Of a stretch of DNA of 64,000 nucleotides, positions 37,400-50,100 are shown piece after piece. The notes under the pieces were generated by a model. That model was not told the origin of the DNA and searched no databases. It worked only from the letters and a program-made list of their open reading frames with translations. Positions within the stretch are counted from its first letter, which is position 1. Each line of letters starts with the position of its first letter. The stretch spans positions 2,790,001 to 2,854,000 of the forward strand of contig JAYWIR010000018.1 of assembly GCA_036172245.1 (NCBI GenBank). The letters run 5' to 3'. This DNA comes from Raillietiella orientalis (taxonomy: Eukaryota). The translations under genes were made by a program, and so were the position numbers.

Positions 37400-40300
37400 A
37401 GGTCGCTCCTGAAGAGGCCTAGGGGGAAGATAGGCTCTTCACGGCCGCTCGAGGGAACGGAGAAAGAGTGGAAGGGTGAAGACAGGGACTGCTCGCATCG
37501 CGGAAATTTCTTCCGGAGTTAGGAGGACGCTATCGTCTCTTCCTCTGTGTACTCCACTGCATCCCCTTTCTTTTCCCGAGAACGCGTACCTCCGCGGTAG
37601 CAGGGTAGGAGTGGGTGGTGGTGGTGGTGAAGATGACGCGAGGGTAAGTCCGACCACCCAAGGGAGTGAAAGTGGAGCCGACAAGAAGAAAGGGATGATG
37701 ACTTGGGAGCGGTGGTCCTTCCAGTCTCCTCCCTTGGAGTGAGAAGATCACAAGAGGGAAGAGTAAGTGGGCATCTCCCAACCAGCAGGGCAGCCTGCGT
37801 GGCCCTCTCATCACTTTCGGAGCGCCCGCGCCACCTCCGCCGGAGCAGGATGGGTCGCTTTGCCCTCAGGAGTGGACTCCTGGGAGATTTTTTCCAAAGA
37901 GCCCTCGTGAGGTTTCAAGGTCTCTGCGACCTTCCGGAGCCCGAGGGTGCTTTCAGCAGGAGGCTGCCTCGTCTCGTATAGAGGGAAAGAACACGGAAAG
38001 GAGGGGCCAAAGGGGTAAGCAGAGACAACGGAGGCGTCCTAAACGGAAACCCGTTTCGACAAGCAAAACCCTTCATCTTAAAATGCTGCCAGCGTCATCT
38101 CTGCCTTCCGGACCAGAATTCTGCGAATCAGAAGTCTTCTTAAGGGCACGCCAAGGTCTTTCGCAATGTGTCCACGGGGATCCAGTCCGGCTGCTTTGCC
38201 CACGCCACACCCGCAGAAACGACCTTCGACTTTGCCCCGTTCATTCTCACGTACGCTTCCTGGTGCGGCAGCTCGGAAAATTCCTCGAGCGAGGAGTTGA
38301 CACGGGGAGAAGGAGGTCGAAGACTTTAAGAGGACTACCAAAGAGCGCCTCCTGCTCCTCCGTCTGGATCTATCCTCCGGCTGTAATCCACCATTGCCCC
38401 ATGCTGCTCGTCAATAATAGCATCCAAGTAAGAAACGCCGCCGATGCTCCCGGACGAGGAGGGGAGAAGGAAGCGAGGACGAGGCGGAAGAACAACTCAC
38501 TGATGGCACCACGATCGACTCCAGGGAGTCCCTCGGGCAACCTGACGAGACCACCTCTGGCAGGTCGAACGGATCACATCTCCAACCCAGGATGCTGAGG
38601 TTCGAAACCCCATTTGAAAGTGTCATTCGACCTGGCAACCCTGTTGAGTTCGTATAAGATCTCAGCTTTTCCAAGGCGACGGTGGTGGCTGGCAGCCGCT
38701 CTCCGATGGAGCCCTGTGATCAGCCTGTGACTGAAGATAGAGACGCCGCTCGAGACGATTCACGCCTGAGGCTGGAAATGGATCGCAACACCGCGAGGGC
38801 AACATCAAAGAATCATACGGAAGTACAGTCGAACGGACGCCGAGGTCTAATGGCAGGGTGGAGAGAAAGGGTAAAGCCGGAAGGTCACCGGAGGGTCAAG
38901 CAGTTTCGTTTGACTGATCTGGTGGAAACAGGTGGAGAGCATCCTCCCATCGAGCAGAGCTTCCATCGTCTGCTTCCCTCCTGCTGCTCCTGGGGGTCAA
39001 GAGGAGAAATTCAAGCTGCAGAAAGCATCGCCAGCAAACAGTTTAACCATCCCGGGGAGGAGAAAGACTTCTGGAGTCGAAAGAGAAAGAGAGGGGAAGG
39101 AGGAAGGAGGGGAGGAAATCGAAACCGGAAGGGACCAGTAAAAGCAGAAGAGCGCTCGCGAGGGAGGGCTGGAGCTTTCTCCTTGGACAGACAAAGGAGC
39201 GGCGCGCACGCGCGTTCTTGAAGTCTGCTGCTGCTCTGCTTTGGGAATCTGCTCAGGGCGACAAAAAAAAAGAATTCGAAACTTCGATCGTCCAGATGGG
39301 GGGTCACTGGTCCACGATTCTTCGACTGGGGCTTCGTTTTTTTTTTTCCTTTTTTTGCGTGTGCATGTACCAAGGACAACACTCCCTAGTGGGTCCGCGC
39401 GCACGTAGACGCATTAGCTCCCCTCCACGAACCGCGTGGCGGACCCTTGCGCGGCCAACCTCATGCCCATCGGATAGCTTGCGCACTTCGGGAGGTTGCA
39501 CCACCTCCAGGAGACTGGACGCCATTGGTGAGCCACGGACGCGTTCGCGGCTCGCCAATGGCAACCCTCTCTGGCAGCTTCCGGCGAGCTTGCGCGAGTC
39601 CAAGGAAGACAGCCGCGAGGAATAAAACGCGAAAGGAATGCCCCGGTCGCTTTCGGCGTGCTGCCGTTCCGGTAGCCACTGGCAACGCTTGGGCATCGTC
39701 CTGTTTGGATTCGTGGGAAGGAGGCTTGAATCTGTTTCCACCCCATCCTACCCCCTCCCTCAAGCGAACCACTTCCCATAGGGACGTTTGAGTGGTTTCA
39801 GGAACCCTGGAACCGCATCCTCAGCGCACTGCGCAGCCGGCAACCCGGGTGCTGATCACCGAGAGACACGATGAACTGGTCGTCCAAATAGAGTGGGTCG
39901 CCTCCGAGAGCCAGCGACCCCTAACCAGCGTAGTCCTGGGCGGACGCACTCCAGGCTTTGAGCACATCTGGCGCTCCAGGGAGGTAGAAGGAGGAACAGA
40001 CGTCCTTTGTCTCCGCAGTCCCCGCGCAGACTCCGGAGGAGGAATACCGAAGATCGGCTATCCCTTTCGCCGCTGGGGAAGCGCACCCCGGGGAGGGTGG
40101 CTGTGACAGGGTCATCAGTCTGCCGGGACGCGGCAATCGACGGAAGGGCACGAGTTTCCTGGGAGGGAGGTGAGAAATGGTGTTCTCGAACACCAAACAC
40201 CCCCTGGACACATTCCGGAAGCTCAAGACGCGTCACCTGAAGGAAAGGAGCCGCGCTTCAGAACTGCGGGTGAGCCCGGAGTCGAAGGCGGAGAGGCTGG

Positions 40301-40600
40301 ATGCAGGGAAGCTGGGAAATCCTCGAGGCCGCCGCCGGCAAGCCTGCATCGATCAGGCATGGCCGTACGAGCCCTGGGGGGATCCCTGCGCCCTGCTCGC
40401 GATCCTCGCCTCGCAGATGGCTACCTTGAGCCGTTTCTTTTCCAGACAGCCGCCGCGTCACAGATTGCGTAAAGCCCTGAGGCGGTGAATTCGATTCCGC
40501 GTCTGCCGAGGAATCAAATTCACCGCCTCAGGGCCGAACCCCAAGAGGTTCTCGCATCTCCTCGAGCTCATCTTTGGGTCGCTTATCACTTCTCCCGAGG
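37400..40600. mobile_element. Two divergent GC-rich LINE 5' UTR/ORF1-like relics (minus ~39300-37400; plus ~39340-40600)
   Basis: Pyrimidine-rich starts near 39260-39360, low-complexity basic ORFs and degenerate zinc-knuckle-like residues (..RGHIAKDL on the minus strand). Weak. Confidence 0.25.
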
Positions 40601-40779
40601 ACTGCATAGTGCGCCCGACGCTCCTGCTTGCGCTGGAAGAGTTGCCTCTCCAGGGGTGCACCTCCCAACCCGGTGGAGATCCGGTGCGATTGGATTGAGC
40701 TGGTCATCTCCGAGGTGCACAGAACCAGACCACAGGAACAGGAAGTCACGAACGAAATCATCATCTGACCTTAGTGAGA

Positions 40780-40923
40780 TGGCTTCGAGTGCGCAATTAG
40801 CGTGCGTCAGCTTAGCGGGTTTGATGCGCACCGCCACCCAAGTGTTCCAGAAAGATCGTCATCGGCTGTCGGGATGGGCGTGCGCGGATTGGAAGCTTTG
40901 AGGTACTCGTGAAGGGCATCCTT

Positions 40924-40972
<49 letters not shown>

Positions 40973-41830
40973 AGAATCGGGTGGGGCGGGGGGAATGGAG
41001 AGATCTTACTGAATACATGAAGTGGGCCACACACAGGAGCAGCTGCACCTCCTATCCGAGCCCACGGAGCGGTGCGGCCGGCTTCCCCTCACGATCACGC
41101 CCGTTCGATCGATCCATGCAGCCTGTTGCAGATCGCGCCAGTCCCGAATGCGAAAACACGGTGGTGTGTGCAGGTCTCATGGTCCAGAAAGAAAACGCAG
41201 CTGAAATCCAATTGGTCTTCGATGAAACCTCTGTCCACCTGCGTGTGTGTGTTTGCGTGTGTGTTCGCCGCCTGCATTGTGGTGGTCTGCTCGTAGGGGT
41301 GGGTCCCTTTTTCGAAACAAAAAGACGTAGCTCGCGTGCCAACCCCGTTCCGGAAACTTCAGCGCGCTCTTCCCATTTGCACCGGTATGTTTGCCAGGCA
41401 CTCCAGGAAGTGCAAAACGTCCTCCCTAATTGGCACGAGAAATAGGGTGGAGAACCTACGCTGGGGGGGCTTGCAGAATCGACGTACAGTTACTGCATAC
41501 CTCCAAATCGTCCAGCATTGGCGTGGTATCCGAGAACCGAAGCACGCAGAAGCTGGCAGGAAAGTTCCCTCCAGACATCGTGGCTTTCATCTGGATACCG
41601 GACGAAATTCCACCTCCCTTCATCCCATCCCATCTCGCATCCGCTGCCTCACCGTTGCTCAGAGACCGCTCCCTGTCGATTCCGACTGGCATCTGCTGGT
41701 CCGTGTTCTCATTATTTCTGCTGCCACGAATCAAACCTCAATAAATCAGTGACCTGCTGTCCATAAATCAGCAGCTGACCCCTGATCTCCACGTCCTTCT
41801 TATGCAGCGAAGCCGACACGGGATCCTCAA
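40780..41830 (-). pseudogene. Possible decayed multi-domain globin gene
   Basis: Minus-strand segments, some with splice-like ends: MLDDLEVCSNCTSILQAP..PIREDVLHFLE; RWTEVSSKTNWISAAFSFWTMRPAHTTVF; LRGLG*..VAHFMYS|gtaag; intron with (CA)n; ag|DALHEYLKA..WNTWVAV. These resemble globin EF/F/G, A/B/C and G/H helices. Confidence 0.25.
40926..40968. repeat. (TG)n microsatellite
   Basis: About 21 consecutive GT/TG units. Confidence 0.95.
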
Positions 41831-42648
41831 GGGTCCGAGCGACCGTCCCCATTTTGTTTTCCACAAGCTTGGCCCTGCGCGTGGGTTCCACCGACTCAGT
41901 CCTCCTGCCGAACGCTTGTGTTTGTTTTCGAGATGCTTGAACTGACCGCCCTTGATTTGGCTTCGAAATTCGACCTTCGGTGAGCCCCAGCCAGCTTCGA
42001 GGTGCTCGGAAGAAATGTAGGGACATCGTTCTGTCTGGGGAGGTGTGTCCCTTATCAGCTGAAGACGAAGGTTTTCCGAAAGGAAAGTCTGCCCCAGAAA
42101 ATCAGCGAACCTTCATAATCGTTTCGACCTAAAAAGACGTTCTCGATGAGTAACAAGTGGGAATCACCGCCGGTAGCGGAACTTTCCGTTTGGAATGACG
42201 ATCGACTGACAGCTTCTCCGTGATTCTGCAGCAGAAAGTGAACCTCGGTTGGGGCGTTTCGTTTTTTTCTTTCTCTCTGTTTTTTCCCCGCTCACGAACG
42301 TGTTTCCAAAACGCGAAGGAAGACGGTCCACTCCCGTATGCCTCCCGAAACCGCGAGGTATGCTCGCTTCTCCCCGAAAGCACCGGTTTCGGAAGTGCTG
42401 AAGAGTGAGATTTCGTCGGGGAGAGCAGCCGACCGCGGATCGTCAGCAGCCTGCGACGCCATGGGACAAGCAGTGCTGGTAAAGACCTGAGAAAGTCAGA
42501 CAAAGAGCAGGGCGGAAAAAAAGCATGAGCACTTACTGAGCTCTAACGTTAACAGCCACCAGAAGTTAACTGCATTGTTTCATGGTGAGTAAAAGATAAT
42601 TTTCAAATCTTTTTTATAAAAGCCCCCGCATCCACATTTAAAAAAAAA

Positions 42649-43570
42649 TAGGAAGCCCATCATAAAAGTAAGAGCCGATCGGATGTAAAGAAAGAACAAA
42701 TAAGAGAAACAAAACGAATTGGTGGTCCGAAACACATACATCCCCGTGTCATTCTTCTACGTGGTCGCCATTATTTCCCCAAACACTTTTGACACCGTGG
42801 AAGAAGCTTTTTGAAAGCCTCTGCATGGAATTCCGCCGCCTGGGAGTGCACACAGTCCAACAGCACTGCGCTTTTCCACTCCTCCCTTTCCCCCTCGAAT
42901 CGTTGAGCCACTCCTTGAGGTGGAGGAAGACGTGGTGGTCACTGGGGGAGAGGTCAGGGCCGAGTGATCAAAAAGTCCCCATTTGAATTTCTGGATTTTC
43001 TGGACAGCAGTGTGTGGGCGCGCGTTGTGTGGGCGCGAAGGAGAATTCCTGATCTCAGCATTCCACGTCGTCGGTTCCGCTGGACGGCACGCCGCAGTGT
43101 TGAAAGTGTTTTTCGCAGTAGGCTTGCGAGGTGGTGGTTGTTCCGGGCTCCGTAAAGTCCACCCTTCAAAGCGCACCCTTTCGGTCCCACACACTGCCCT
43201 GTCCTCACATTCCAGACAATTTGGAAATTCAAATGGGGACTTTTTGATCACTCGGCCCTGGCCTCGCCCCCAGTGACCACCACGTCTTCCTCCACCTCAA
43301 GGAGTGGCTCAACGATTCGAGGGGGAAAGGGAGGAGTGGAAAAGCGCAGTGCTGCTGCTGGACTGGCTGAACTGCTAGGCGGTGGAATTCCATGCAGGAG
43401 CTTTCAAAAAGCTTCTTCGATGATATCAAAAGTGCTTGGAGAAAAGATGGCGACCACGTAGAAGAATGACACGGGGATGTATGTGTTTGGGACCACCAAT
43501 ACGTTTTTGTTTCTCTTATTTGTTCTTTCTTTGTATGCGATCGTCCATTATTTTTGAAACGGTTCTTGTA
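42649..43570 (-). mobile_element. Mariner-derived foldback MITE, copy 2 (~920 bp)
   Basis: Inverted arms of ~340 bp, both derived from the transposase 3' end. The core contains HNARPHTA (cf. HDNARPH), running into KFKWGLFDH..PDLSPSD on the minus strand. TA-flanked degenerate TIRs. Confidence 0.88.
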
Positions 43571-43629
43571 AAAAATCAAAACATTGCACTTATAAAAACG
43601 GAGAGGGAAGGGGAGGGGGAGGAATATTT

Positions 43630-44160
43630 ATTTATTTTCCCTTTTTGAGGGAAACAGCCTTTGAGTTCGAGAACGAAAAACCAGGTTCTCGAAGAAACCC
43701 CATTGTACTCAGAGCACTTCTTGCGGTGCGTGCGGGCGGGCCGGGCCAACCTAACTGCCCACAACGCTTTTCCCAACGGACAACACATTGTGTACACCGA
43801 AACCGGTGGGATACATGGTGCGGAGAGAGCATGTTCCCTCTTTCATACGTGCGGACCACCACGGCAAAAAGATAACTTGTTCCATGACCACTGTCTTGTA
43901 GAACTTCTTTGCTTTTAGCATCCCTAATCCCTGGACCATAAATGGCGAAGCGGTTCCCGTTGCGCGCGCCAGCCATCGCTCGTAGTTGCGTAGGAAATTC
44001 TTCCGTGAACAGGATGTCGCACCCCTCACAAATGAGGAGACAACAGCACTTAATTAACGGTCATCAGGTTGTCTTCGGGATGCTGGTTCAGATGGCAGGA
44101 TGACTGTTCCAGCTCCCTTGGGAATTGCTCTCCGCCTTGATCCTAATTCTTGCGATGAGG
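43630..44160 (-). mobile_element. RTE-like LINE 3' fragment
   Basis: KFYKTVVME..LPWW followed by GQLGWPGPPAR (cf. Y...V...L.YG...W and RL.W.GH..R). Confidence 0.3.
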
Positions 44161-45649
44161 CAAGCACTTGCAAAAAAAACAGATGCCAAGTTCATTAGAA
44201 AAAAAAAAAATCTGCTTTGTTTTTTTTTTGTTGTTGCGAGCGCAGGTAAAACACCAAAACTTTCACATTTTTCCCTTCGACATTTTCCTTTTTATCCATG
44301 ACACAAATAAATGGCACATTTCACATGGTCTTTTTTTTCTTTGTACACACCCCAAGGACCATGCAGTGGCATAACCAAATACATGCAGGTGCTTGTTATT
44401 CTTCTTGAGACCACCTTCAGCCCGTTTTTTCCACCGACAGTTGAAAGAAAGCAGTCGACGGAAACAAAAGAGCTGGTTTCAGTTTGACCAGAGAAACTGA
44501 AGAGGCGGAAAGTAGGGCTTTTCTAGCGGCAGCAGTAGCGGCCGTCTACTTTTAACACCTTGAAGCCGGAATCCACAGTCGCTCACGTATCTCAGAGACG
44601 CGGGGCTGCTGATGCTAGAAAAGTTCTACTTTTGCTGCCGTGGTCAACTCTCGTTTCACATTCCTCTCTTTCTTGAACGGAAGTGTGTGAGGAGAGAACT
44701 TTCGCATCGTACTCTTGACCTGATTGGAAGGTTTTTTTTGCACATTGCTACGGATACCAACAACCACATGGTTTCCTAGCGACGACGAACATGTTAGGAT
44801 AGAAAGAGTAATGACAACCCAGAAAGTACGAGAGTGCGAACACGAAAGCCTCGATGCTGCAACTCCTTCAGAAGTGTATCCATGCTTCTCTAACTCTGTG
44901 GCAAATTATTCCCAAGATTTCACTTCGAGAAAACTAGCGCTGTAATGCATTTACACCAAGAGAACTGCTCTTTACTATTATGCTGTTCTTTACGATATTG
45001 GAAATTATTTTGATTACAATGCGAAAAAACTATGAAATGAATATGTAGATGGAAAGAAGGAACAACCGCAAGGAAAGTCAGCCAAGTGCCAACATCATAA
45101 AGCTCAAATGAATGTATGTTCAAGAGTGACAAGCTGAGAATTCGAGACAGTGAGAGTGTAAGGCAAACAAGATCAGCTATCATCCCGTCCTGACTTGTTC
45201 GGCTTGATTTTTCTTCACCGTCTTTTTTTGCTCTGCCCAATCGAGTGGTCACTGCGTTTCGTGATATGGCGCCCGAAGTGCGAACTGGGTTTCCTCTTGA
45301 GCTTCTGAAGGGTCTGCTCACTTTCCCGTGCACTCGAAGATCGTGATCGAACAAGGCGCAAAGACTCCTTCCCTTCGAAAAAGGACACCCCTTTGTCTCG
45401 TTCAATTAGGATGGGGAGTTCTGCTTGGGCTGTGGGTTTCGACCTGCTTAGCAGGGATACCAAATGGATTCTAAGTCCGCAGAAATGCCAGATCTAAAAG
45501 CACGTTTATTTTTCTACAGTCGGTCGGGAAGAATAGAATGTAGGTCAGTCAGGGTGGACTGGGTGCACGCAGGTTTTGTCCTTTCGGATGGCTGATGAGA
45601 GGATGGAAGTTGGCAGTTCATTTGAGAGAGGATAAGTTTCTCCCTTTAA

Positions 45650-46980
45650 ATCCGATGGAACGACAAGAAGGAGTCACGTGCTCGCAGAATCCGTCGCCTG
45701 AAATGCGTATCGCAGAGTAGAAGAAGAAAGGAGAGAAGGGTGTTCCATGATCCTTCCGTTTCATGTGTTGCTAGAACTTTCTTGAACTTTCCCTTATGAT
45801 GGCCTGTTCTTCGGTTCTCGGTTTCCAGCTTTTTCACCACTTTCTCGTTCATCACAGCTCCTCCATATCGACTGCTATCAGCGATCGCTTTTGGCACGTT
45901 TTCGAAAGTTTCCAATAAACATGTCTTCGTGTGTGTGTGTTTTTTGTGTCCAGCATCGAAAGCTCTTCGGAACGGCTCGAACATCTGGTTTCAGAAAACC
46001 CCTTGCTGGAAGAGAGATTTGTTCTGGGCATCGTTTTCCAAGATTCGGTCTGGTCCGGTCTGAGCTTCCGATTATTTTTAGACATGTTGAGTTTCTTTTC
46101 TTTCTTTGCTTTTTTTAATCATCACATTTGTTGTTTCTTCCCGTCTCTAGAACGCATCACGCTTTGAGAAGTTTTTCGATCCTTGCCTGCGTTGAGCAAG
46201 TACGTTGCATCTACTCCTATGCGACCCCTCCGTTGCTCCATCTCGTGGGACGTGTCCACACTCCTACCCGGCTCTGTGATTGCTGATGCTCTTTCGTGTT
46301 TGCGAAAATCCATCGGGAAAATGAAGATTTGAGTGGTGGTCGTTTGCTGAATTGGGCATTTCTGCGCCGAGATTGGAGTCCGTTTCTTTCCGAACCGCTC
46401 GAAGTAACCGAATCCCCCTGCACAGCGTCCACCTTGTGTGCCTCTTGGCAAGGAACTCCCTCGGGACGTTTGTTCCTTATCCTGCCGCGCAAGCCATATC
46501 AGCTCGGATCCGAAAGGGGATCACCTCTCTGCAGGGAAGAGAAAATCCGAAATCGCGTTAGCCGAACAACGAGGAAGAATTCCGTTCTTCCAGCTCACAG
46601 GGAGGTGGGGGCCAACGTCACTCGCCAAGCGCAATGGACCACCTGCCCACTTTCGATTTCTGCGAGCATCCTGAAAGCGAAGGGGGTAAAACGGGACGCG
46701 GCACTCGCCTTCGCCTTCCGAAGGCATTAACGTGCGAATCGATGTGGTCAGGTCGAACACCTTCATTTGGCGCACAAAGACACGCGAATCGGGCAGGAGC
46801 TACACAGTTCTCTGGTAGTCGGAGGTGGTTTCCCGGATCCGTTTCTGCGGAATCATCCCGAACAATTCCAAATGATTGACTCGCGTGCCTCCAACGGAAC
46901 TCCTAGCGTGGATCGAGCGCTTTCACTCGAGGCGAGCAGCCTCAGTTCATGGCGATCAGCAGTTAATCAGTCCGAGTCTC
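45650..46980 (-). mobile_element. Tigger/pogo (CENP-B/DDE_1) transposase remnant
   Basis: Ordered fragments QMKVFDLTT (cf. QIFN.DET), ECRVPF..DARRNRK..HLPVSWKN (cf. K.R.T...NA.G..K...LPV.W..N), QIFIFPMD..HEMEQRRG (cf. FLP.N.T..QPMDQG) and QTESWKTM. Confidence 0.4.
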
Positions 46981-47114
46981 TCAACTCTGTGGGGGCGAGA
47001 TGTGCGGTCCATTCCCTGAAGTGACGGCAGTTGCTGTTGAATTTCCAAGCCGATTCCAACGGTGCTGACGGATTTTTCTTTCCAGGATCCCAACGCCCAG
47101 TTGTTGATCCCGAG

Positions 47115-50100
47115 ATGATGCTGAAGGAACTGAAACTTCGCAATTCAGCGAAGATCGTCGCTGTCCTCGCAGTGTTTGTGGTCGTGTGTTGTGTGAACAT
47201 AACCATTCTGACTGAAAAGAGCCGCCTTTTGGGTTCCACGGAAGGTTTCAGCGAGCGAATCCTAAGTGAAGGTGCGCTTCCTGAGAAAAGTGGTCCAACA
47301 CAGTCCTCTGACGAGTACCCTTCTGGGAGGAAGACTGCAAGAAGAACGAGTAGCATCCACCAGACACCAGGAGTACAGACGTTGGACTCTGCCCGTGTTC
47401 AGAAGAACGCCTCTGAACGTGCGAGCCTTCCTTCTTCCATGTCGGACGTTTACGAACGTGAGATACGAGATGCGGAAGCCAAAATCATCCCTGGCTGGGG
47501 AGAAAGAGGGGAGCCTGTCATCCTCGACGGGGATGAAGAAAGAATCGCTTCGGAACTGAAGAAGAAAGAAGCCTTCAACATTTTCGCTAGCGACAGAATA
47601 TCCTGGAACCGAAGCATCCCGGACAACAGGAATAAGCTGTAAGTAAAAAGCATCCCTGATATTCCCCCTGATGGTGCGACGTGGGAGAACAAGAAAGTTT
47701 TCCTAAGAGGCTCGGAACCTGGTTTCGCTTGCCGCTTGGCCGCTTCTCTGCTTTTCCGACCACCTTTTCAAAGGCCCTGCTTGGCGATGCTCGAACCTTA
47801 CTAGAAATATGAATGCTCCGGAGGAGCAAGAATTCTTTCCCATCCAATCCAGGACACTGTAGCGTTCCTTGATTGAATGGTGTGTATCTGACGGACATCA
47901 AGCCCAAATTTCGAATTGCAGCATAAGTAGGGAATCCCCAAAAGAAACGAGCCTCCTCGTCCCCGTTTCTTGGTTAGAAGCGAGTCCGAGAGATTTCAAA
48001 GTGGTCTGGGATGCTCTTTGAGGTCTGCAAACACCTTGACGACGCATCTACCAGTGCTACCTCAACACACTGTTCGCAACTCACGGATCGCAGTGCATGA
48101 ACCGGTTCAGGACGGTTCCCAATTTTAGAGAAATGACTCCAGCTTCTAAAATTATCCAGTTGTTAGTCGGAGAGGAAATGATAAGCTCCAATGGCACTTG
48201 GAGCAACTGAAGAATGCTGAGAGATGTGTAGTAAGCCACCTGTTCTCAGCCGTCAATCGGCACTCGTCGTATTCTGAACCAGGATCCAAGAGTTGCTTAA
48301 CCACAGTAAAATGAATGTACAGATCCGTGCAATTCAGTGAATTATAAAATGACTGGGAACCGTTCGTTAGCTGGATCTCACGCAAGCTTGCACAATTACC
48401 TACATTCTATTTCTCCCGTTTTCTAGCTAAGTGCTCTGGTTCCATTTGCAATTTGTTTGCTTCACCTTATGCCTGCCTCATCCATTTGCGAGGAATCCAT
48501 CATTGCTTGCTTGCCATGTAAAGCTGGATCAAAAAAAAAGTGCTTTCATTTAAAAAATAAATAGGATTCTTCTATACTCGAGGCAAGATTACATTCGATA
48601 AACTCTACTGTGGACCAAATAGTTCATCCAGTGTTTCTTCTGCGCCTCACTTCTCTAAAAGCTGTGTCTTATGCACATTGAGAGATATGAAAGTAGCATG
48701 AACAGGAGTCTCACATAAGCGGCTTTCGTTTGGAGGTTGGCACCATCGTCTCAGTTCCCCGCAAAATATCGTTGGCAAATTTTTAATGTGTCCAACAAAC
48801 TGTGAAACTTGGAAAAACGCAGACATCAAACTCTAGATCAGTTTTTTTCCCTCTCTCTCTAAAAGATTAACTAGTCGAGATGAAAAGAACTTTCTCTTTT
48901 AAGGAAGAAGGAAAGAAATTTGGAACATGCGAAACACTCTGACATCTCAATGCTGCTCATGAAAGGAAGGAGCGCAGACGTCAAAGAAAAAGCGTTTTGA
49001 TTCTATTGAAAAGAAAGAGTCCCCTATGGATTTGCTTGGAATCTGAGGGATACCACGAGTGTAGGCCAATTCAATTCAATTGAAGATGGATACGAATTGG
49101 CTTCCATTGGTTCGAGATTCTCAATCATTTGTCGTCACTAAGCTTGTTTAAAAACAATTAACTCCTCTACAGACTGAGGTCTTAGCTGATATAGGAACTG
49201 TAATGAACGCTAATTGTTCAATATTGTGACCATTCGAAGAACACACTAATAGGAGGTGGTATAGCACGAAGACCCTACTTTACTAATCAAAGAATGCTTT
49301 CATGCTCTCTGGTGCGCAAAACACACACACACACACACGATTTGCTGCACTACTTTTTGTGTGGTGTACAATGGCACAAGAATTGTTCCTTGAAGTGAGG
49401 ACAGTAGCCTTCAGACATCGTGAAAAAAATCTCGTTTTCCCTGGTTGTCAAATCCAGTTTTTTTTGGGGGGGGAAGAAATTACCGTTTTATTCTTATGCG
49501 CCATCAGTGATCCCAGACCTGAAAGAGCGTTCGGGCAAATTCATTTCTGATGTCTGTACAGCAGGAAGGAATTATTTTCTCATTTTCAAGATGATTCCAG
49601 GATCATTATCATCATTACTATCGTTTCTGTTGCTCGTCAAACTTTTTTCTAACGGCGACACTGGTCAGATGGAAACAACAGAAGTGCGTGCGTAGCAGAA
49701 GAACAGTGAAGAAATGCTGCTAAAGCTTCTCGCTTGGGAGGCTGGCGTTGTAGAAGCACTGCAAGGGTTCGGTTTCAATGGTATCGCTGGCGAGCAGTCC
49801 TTGACAACGGCATCCAGCATTCTGTTTTGTGCGAGATTGGATTACATAACAGTCTGATTCCCGTTCGATAGGACTGACTGTGGATTCGTTTCCAACGCTG
49901 ATTCGGTTACATCGTGCTTGCAGCCTCCCCCACACTGGGTCCGTGTTATTATGTGATGATTGTCTATCCTGTCTTAGATGGGTGGTGTTGGAGAGATGGA
50001 GAGGAAAAGAAAAAGGGGGAAAAATTTCTTTAGAAATGCATTGCCGTCACACTTCAATGTCCGGAAAAAGAGACGAAATGTCACGTAAGCAAACCCAAAA

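Noticed and set aside
42960..43250. Invertible core flanked by inverted repeats (phase-variation-like switch)
   Set aside because: Arm-specific variants keep the same linkage to core orientation in all three copies, so whole elements are simply inserted in opposite orientations.
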